DNA of 43,869 nt, taken from an uncultured bacterium (GTDB taxonomy: Bacteria; Patescibacteriota; Patescibacteriia; UBA1558; GWA2-36-10). Both the position numbers and the translations under genes were made by a program. The stretch's first letter is position 1. Every line of letters begins with the position of its first letter. Positions 39,332 through 43,869 of the stretch are shown piece after piece. A model generated the notes under the pieces. That model worked only from the letters and a program-made list of their open reading frames with translations, had not been told where the DNA came from and ran no database searches. The DNA is taken from NCBI GenBank assembly GCA_937870675.1, contig CALMZN010000018.1, forward strand, positions 1-43,869. Direction: 5' to 3'.

Positions 39332-40347
39332 CGTAAATTTCTTACTTTATTAACTAGCTTTCGACCAAGATGATAAACCTGATACCAAGTGGGGTGATAA
39401 ACAAAATCATAAGCCCCACAAGAAACCAGGCGTTGCCCACCAAAGCCCTTCTTAAAGCGCGTAATGCCCTCCCAGCGAGGATGGCTATCACCTTTTGGTG
39501 CAATACCCCAAAAATCATAAACCAAAAAACCAGCGACCTTTGCCTGCCTGATACTCTCCCACTGCAAAAGGTGAGGAGCCATCAGGTGTCGATGTTCATA
39601 ATCTGAGCCACCATGCAAATAAACACAACTCTGCCCAAAATTTACCAAAAGATTAGCGGCAATTACCTCACCACGATATTCGGCCACGGCCAAAATGCCA
39701 GCGCGATTATCCACTAGCGTTTCCCAGAGCAATTTGTAGTACTCGTCGCTGTGTATGGAAATCTGATTACGAGTAGCTGTTAATTTTATCAAACGCAAAA
39801 ATTCTTTAAGATCATTTTTTTCTCGACTAAATTTTATTTGCACGCCATTTTTTTTGGCCAAAGCAATGTTGTATCTGACTTTAGGGCGCATCTTGCTCAA
39901 AATTTCTTCTTCACTTTGCTGTAAATCCAAAATCCAAGTGTCGCGCGGGTGAATATCCTTGCTTTTTTTTAGCTTAGGAATTTTAATATCCGTATTTGGT
40001 TCTAGACGAAAAAATATTTCTTCTCTTTTTTTTGTAGACAAGCAAATATCTCTGGCTTTTGACAAAAGTAACTTGCTTAATTCCTGTTTTTTTTCTACGC
40101 TTATTTTTTTTAAAAAAATCGGACCCTTTGGTGCCGTCAAATAACTCAAGCCCAAGGGCAAGTCGGTCTCATACACCAAGCACAAAGCCAAAACAACACC
40201 CTCATCAGTGGCCACCAGTGGCCAATATTTTTTATTTTGCCTTTTTAAAAAATCTTTCCAAACACTACTCTGCAAAAAGTTGCCCGAAATAAAATTTCGG
40301 TACAACAAATTATCATAGTTTTTTTCTTGGTCAACAACTATGTTCAT
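39328..40347 (-). CDS. FemABX-family peptidoglycan bridge peptidyltransferase
   Basis: FLQS..W, PKGP, RYNI..A.K.GV, YLHGGS, LQWE.I, YDFWG, FKKGFGG. Confidence 0.9.
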   Translation of the reverse strand: MNIVVDQEKNYDNLLYRNFISGNFLQSSVWKDFLKRQNKKYWPLVATDEGVVLALCLVYETDLPLGLSYLTAPKGPIFLKKISVEKKQELSKLLLSKARDICLSTKKREEIFFRLEPNTDIKIPKLKKSKDIHPRDTWILDLQQSEEEILSKMRPKVRYNIALAKKNGVQIKFSREKNDLKEFLRLIKLTATRNQISIHSDEYYKLLWETLVDNRAGILAVAEYRGEVIAANLLVNFGQSCVYLHGGSDYEHRHLMAPHLLQWESIRQAKVAGFLVYDFWGIAPKGDSHPRWEGITRFKKGFGGQRLVSCGAYDFVYHPTWYQVYHLGRKLVNKVRNLR

Positions 40348-40349
40348 GA

Positions 40350-40916
40350 TTATTTTTTGGTATTTTTTAAGACCTGTTTTATTTTATCTGACAAGTCGCC
40401 CTCAAGTTCCAGGCCCCTAGTCATTTCCATAACCTCGCGCTCTTTGTACCCCAAGGAGACCAAGGCCGATATTACTTGTTGGTCAGTGTTGATAAGAGCG
40501 CCGTCGGCTGACACCTCATCAATAAATTTTTCTTTCAGTTCCACCACTAGGCGCTCAGCTGTTTTTTTGCCAATACCAGAGACCTGTTGCAAAAAACTGG
40601 GGTTACCACTGGTAATGGCTCGCTTCAGGTCCAGCACTTCAGCCAAAGACATAACGCTCATAGCTGTCTTAGGGCCAATGCCAGACACCTGCAGTAGTTG
40701 TTTGAAAAAGGCCAGTTCTTCTGGATTGACAAAGCCGTAGAGGTCTAAGGCGTCTTCTTTTACATAAGAGTGAATAAAAAACTCCACAAATTCATTGACT
40801 TGAAGATTGGCAATGTCTTTGTTTTTCAAAAAAACCTCATAACCAACACCATTAACATTTATTATGGTGGCTTTTTGGTCTTTTTTTAATACGCTTCCCT
40901 TTAAATAAGCTATCAT
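40350..40916 (-). CDS. ruvA: Holliday junction DNA helicase subunit RuvA
   Basis: MIAYLKG, GVGYEV, LYGF, VSGIGPK, GIGKKTAERLVVEL, ALVSLGY. Confidence 0.97.
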   Translation of the reverse strand: MIAYLKGSVLKKDQKATIINVNGVGYEVFLKNKDIANLQVNEFVEFFIHSYVKEDALDLYGFVNPEELAFFKQLLQVSGIGPKTAMSVMSLAEVLDLKRAITSGNPSFLQQVSGIGKKTAERLVVELKEKFIDEVSADGALINTDQQVISALVSLGYKEREVMEMTRGLELEGDLSDKIKQVLKNTKK

Positions 40917-40969
40917 GTCCTTATAATAACAAATTTAAAATATCTGGGCAATTTACTGTTAATAAAAAC

Positions 40970-41077
40970 AAAAAACACCCTAGATCGCGCACGGATGTTT
41001 CTTGCTTCATTTCTGAAATTACATATATCTATAGCGCCCGACAAATTCCTGTTCGACGCAGGGATTTTCGAGTGTCA
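40970..41077 (-). ncRNA. Candidate small structured RNA of unknown class
   Basis: Extended -10 TGCTATAAT (41082-41090), a 5' hairpin and a terminator aaacatcc..gggtgttt-TTT, with no meaningful ORF. Confidence 0.4.
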
Positions 41078-41125
41078 ATATATTATAGCAAATTTATAAT
41101 AATTTGTAAAAAACATTTCCACAAG

Positions 41126-42232
41126 CTATTGCCTAATGGGCATAACTAGATAAATATAATCGTCGTGGCCCACTGGCCCTATCAGCCCTGGGGAGGTGTT
41201 GTTGTTTATGTTAATAAACACCTCTTTTTGATCAATATTATTTAACCCATCTATAATATAGCGGTAGTTAAAAATAATGTCGTTATTTTCTCCTTTTATT
41301 TCGGCTGGCACCTTGGCCAAGCTTTTGCCAGCGTGCGCTGAAGCGGTGGTAATAACAATTTCGTTGGTGACATTATCAAAACTAACCCGAACGTCATTAA
41401 TCCCCTGTTTACAAAAAAGTGACACGGCCTTGATGGCTGGCAATAGTTTATCAGCATCACACTTGATGTTGGTATTAAATTTATCGGGAATAATTTGCTT
41501 ATAGTCCGGGTAGTTGCCATCAATCACCCGCGAGACCAGCTCCACACCATCTAATGAAAACATTATTTGATTTTCATTAAAATATATTTTTAGATTTTTT
41601 TCGGAATTTTCATTTAAAATGCGCAACAATTCTTGTAGTGTTTTTAGGGGGATTATTAAATTACTTTCTTTGCTCTGGTTGGCAATTTTTATTTTCTTTT
41701 CGGCCAAACGATAGCTGTCGGTGGCCGCCAAAGTCAGCTGTTCTCCTTTGAAATTAAAATTAACCGCGTTTATTTCTACCCTAGTATTGTCTAGTGAGGC
41801 GGCAAATATTACTTGGCTTAAACTTTTTTTAAGGTCTAAGGATAAAATCTCAATTTCATTGTCCTTGGGGATTTCTGGTATAAGTGGAAAGTCCTCGGCT
41901 TCCATACCACGAATAGTGGTATCTTGATTCTTGCTTTTCACTTCCAAATTATTATCTTCACCCAAGGTCAGGGTAATATTTTCTTTTGGTAATAAATTAA
42001 TAAAATTGTTTAATAATTTGGCATCCACGGTAAAAGCACCCTCCTCCTCTACTTTACTGCGCACAAAAACTTTTACACCAATCTCTAGGTCGGTGGTTAT
42101 TAGGGTAATACCTTCTTTCTCCGCTTTTATTAAAACATTATTTAATATGGGTAAATTGCTGTTTTTATTAGCAATATGTGAGACCAAGCCCAACCCATAG
42201 TTTAAATTTTCTTGCGTACAAATGATTTTCAT
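41126..42232 (-). CDS. dnaN: DNA polymerase III beta sliding clamp
   Basis: LPILNNVL, TDLEIG, ATDSYRLA, SRVIDGNYPDY, LVMPIR; downstream of dnaA. Confidence 0.97.
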   Translation of the reverse strand: MKIICTQENLNYGLGLVSHIANKNSNLPILNNVLIKAEKEGITLITTDLEIGVKVFVRSKVEEEGAFTVDAKLLNNFINLLPKENITLTLGEDNNLEVKSKNQDTTIRGMEAEDFPLIPEIPKDNEIEILSLDLKKSLSQVIFAASLDNTRVEINAVNFNFKGEQLTLAATDSYRLAEKKIKIANQSKESNLIIPLKTLQELLRILNENSEKNLKIYFNENQIMFSLDGVELVSRVIDGNYPDYKQIIPDKFNTNIKCDADKLLPAIKAVSLFCKQGINDVRVSFDNVTNEIVITTASAHAGKSLAKVPAEIKGENNDIIFNYRYIIDGLNNIDQKEVFININNNTSPGLIGPVGHDDYIYLVMPIRQ

Positions 42233-42461
42233 ATACTTATTATTAGTTTATATATTATATAGTCGTAGTAGGTGTGGTGCATATGTTGATAAGTTAGTGT
42301 TGTATAAAGTATTTGTTCAGTAATTTTGCGTTTATTTGTTAATCCACCTTGTGCATCACCACAGGACAACTTTGTGTAAAAAAAAGTAATTTTGGTTTTA
42401 GTTTCAAAAAAAAATTATTTTCAAAGACATTCACACAGAATCACACCGACTAATTAACAGT
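42233..42461. other. Probable oriC unwinding region
   Basis: dnaA-dnaN spacer with DnaA box TTATCAACA (minus strand, 42284-42292), weaker boxes, DnaA-trio-like TAGTCGTAGTAG (42260-42271) and an AT-rich tract. Confidence 0.7.
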
Positions 42462-43869
42462 TTATTCATAGAGCTTTTGTTTAAGCACAGCAACATCATT
42501 TTTTACACGCTCGTCGCTTGCCACCAATTCAGATATTTTTACGCAAGCGTGCATGGCTGTGGTGTGATCACGACTACCAATCTCGTGTCCAATGTTTGGG
42601 AAAGAGGATTTCATTTGCTCGCGCATCAAGTACATAGCAATTTGTCGTGGCATGACCAATTCTTTTTTGCGACTGGCGCCAAGCAACTCGTCCATGTTAA
42701 TATCAAAAAATTCAGCAACAGTTTTTAATAATTTTTTGGTAGTTAGCCCGGCCTTTTTTGGGTTGGCTGAAATGCCACCCAAAAGTGAGCGCACACTTTC
42801 TAAAGATGGTCGCGTGTTGTTTAGTTGATGAAAGGCAATGATTCTGTTTAGCGCTCCTTCTAGCTCGCGGATATTTTCCTGGATACTTTCAGCTACCAGT
42901 TGAGTCAGAGCTTTTTCTAAATGATAATTTTTTTGTTGACATTTTATTTCTAAGATAGCCACTCTGGTTTCTAGATCCGGGAAAGAAATGTCAGCAATCA
43001 TGCCCCACTCAAAACGGGAGATTAATCTATTTTCAACACCACCAAGCGCTTTTGGTGGCCGATCAGAAGAAAGTACTATTTGCTTGTTGTTTTGGTGTAA
43101 GGCATTGAAGGTGTGAAAAAATTCCTCTTGGGTTTGCTCTTTTCCGGCAATAAACTGAATATCATCTATCAACAAGACATCGACATTGCGATAAATGTTC
43201 TTAAATTCATCTGTTTGGCCCCTTTTTATGGCAAAAATAAAGTCATTGGTGAATTTTTCACTGTTTATATAAAGCACCTTTTTTTGGGGATTTTTAGCTA
43301 AAATATAGTTGCCAACGGCTTGGGCTAGGTGGGTTTTGCCCAAACCAACACCACCATATATAAACAAAGGATTATACATTTCCCCCGGTTTTTGGGCTGC
43401 GGCCATAGCTGCTGCCTGAGCCAACTCATTACCTGGGCCAACAACAAAGGAATTAAAGGTATAATTTTGGTTTAAGCCATATTTATTACTTGTTTTTGGC
43501 CGTGGGTTTGGGTTGTGCACAAGCTCTTCTACTGGCTTGTCAATAACTTTAACATCTTTGCTAATATTAGCTAAATTTCCCCTATTTTCGACTCTGTAGA
43601 TAACTTGTAGATTACTTTTTGATAAAATGTTTTCTAGGGCCTTGGTAATATGGTCGTGGTATTTTTTTTCTAGCCAAACCTTGGTAAAGGAATTGGGCAC
43701 TCCAATCACAATTTGCTGGTTATCAAACTCGGCCAAAAAAGTATTTTTGAACCAGGTGGTAAAATTAGCCCTGCTGATCAATAATTCCAACTGACCCAGG
43801 ACACTTTGCCAAATTTTTTCGTCAAGTTGTTGATTCTGATGGATGTTTCCATGCTGTCCTCTCTTTAGG
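42462..43869 (-). CDS. dnaA: Chromosomal replication initiator DnaA (start unresolved; frame open to the window edge)
   Basis: IWQSVLGQLEL..ANFTTWF, YNPLFIYGGVGLGKTHL, DDIQF, RELEGAL, RDHTT. Confidence 0.97.
   Translation of the reverse strand, partial: LKRGQHGNIHQNQQLDEKIWQSVLGQLELLISRANFTTWFKNTFLAEFDNQQIVIGVPNSFTKVWLEKKYHDHITKALENILSKSNLQVIYRVENRGNLANISKDVKVIDKPVEELVHNPNPRPKTSNKYGLNQNYTFNSFVVGPGNELAQAAAMAAAQKPGEMYNPLFIYGGVGLGKTHLAQAVGNYILAKNPQKKVLYINSEKFTNDFIFAIKRGQTDEFKNIYRNVDVLLIDDIQFIAGKEQTQEEFFHTFNALHQNNKQIVLSSDRPPKALGGVENRLISRFEWGMIADISFPDLETRVAILEIKCQQKNYHLEKALTQLVAESIQENIRELEGALNRIIAFHQLNNTRPSLESVRSLLGGISANPKKAGLTTKKLLKTVAEFFDINMDELLGASRKKELVMPRQIAMYLMREQMKSSFPNIGHEIGSRDHTTAMHACVKISELVASDERVKNDVAVLKQKLYE

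Noticed and set aside
1..43869. tRNA/rRNA genes, inteins or introns, transposases, alternative genetic code
   Set aside because: None recognised by eye; recA, rpoB and rpoC are uninterrupted, and TGA serves as a normal stop (e.g. 20338-20340).

Overview
An AT-rich chromosomal segment next to the replication origin, inferred to come from a Patescibacteria/CPR (Parcubacteria/ABY1-like) genome. The basis is the tandem TrbC/VirB2-like pilins, the short MurE with an NEDP motif, the PBP1A with Ig-like tails and scarce Shine-Dalgarno sites. TGA is used as stop. Most genes lie on the minus strand, reading away from dnaA: dnaA-oriC-dnaN, ruvA-femAB-NTP transferase-murE, rpoB-rpoC, ftsK-rodZ-like-recA, flippase-O-antigen ligase-galU-sugar-binding lipoprotein-four pilins, two GT-C-like membrane proteins, yebC-ruvC-glgA-GH57-phosphotransferase-glgA-GIY-YIG-galT-like, tyrS (+), pbp1A and uvrB (partial). 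The most striking unexplained structure is a family of four short cassettes (84-287 bp) plus one solo site, bounded by 14-15 bp inverted repeats with consensus about TNYMASGGGRT-R-AA. All sit exactly at gene starts. In each pair the arms are complementary in a pair-specific way, and one end reads RTG while the other reads RTA, so inversion could create or destroy a start codon. One cassette carries a GIY-YIG nuclease. Also noted: a GC-rich lipoprotein in a perfect promoter-SD-terminator cassette, an apparently empty copy of that cassette with a tandemly amplified terminator, a candidate small RNA between dnaN and ruvA, and a possible GlgC-independent glycogen pathway. All identifications are by eye, without database searches.
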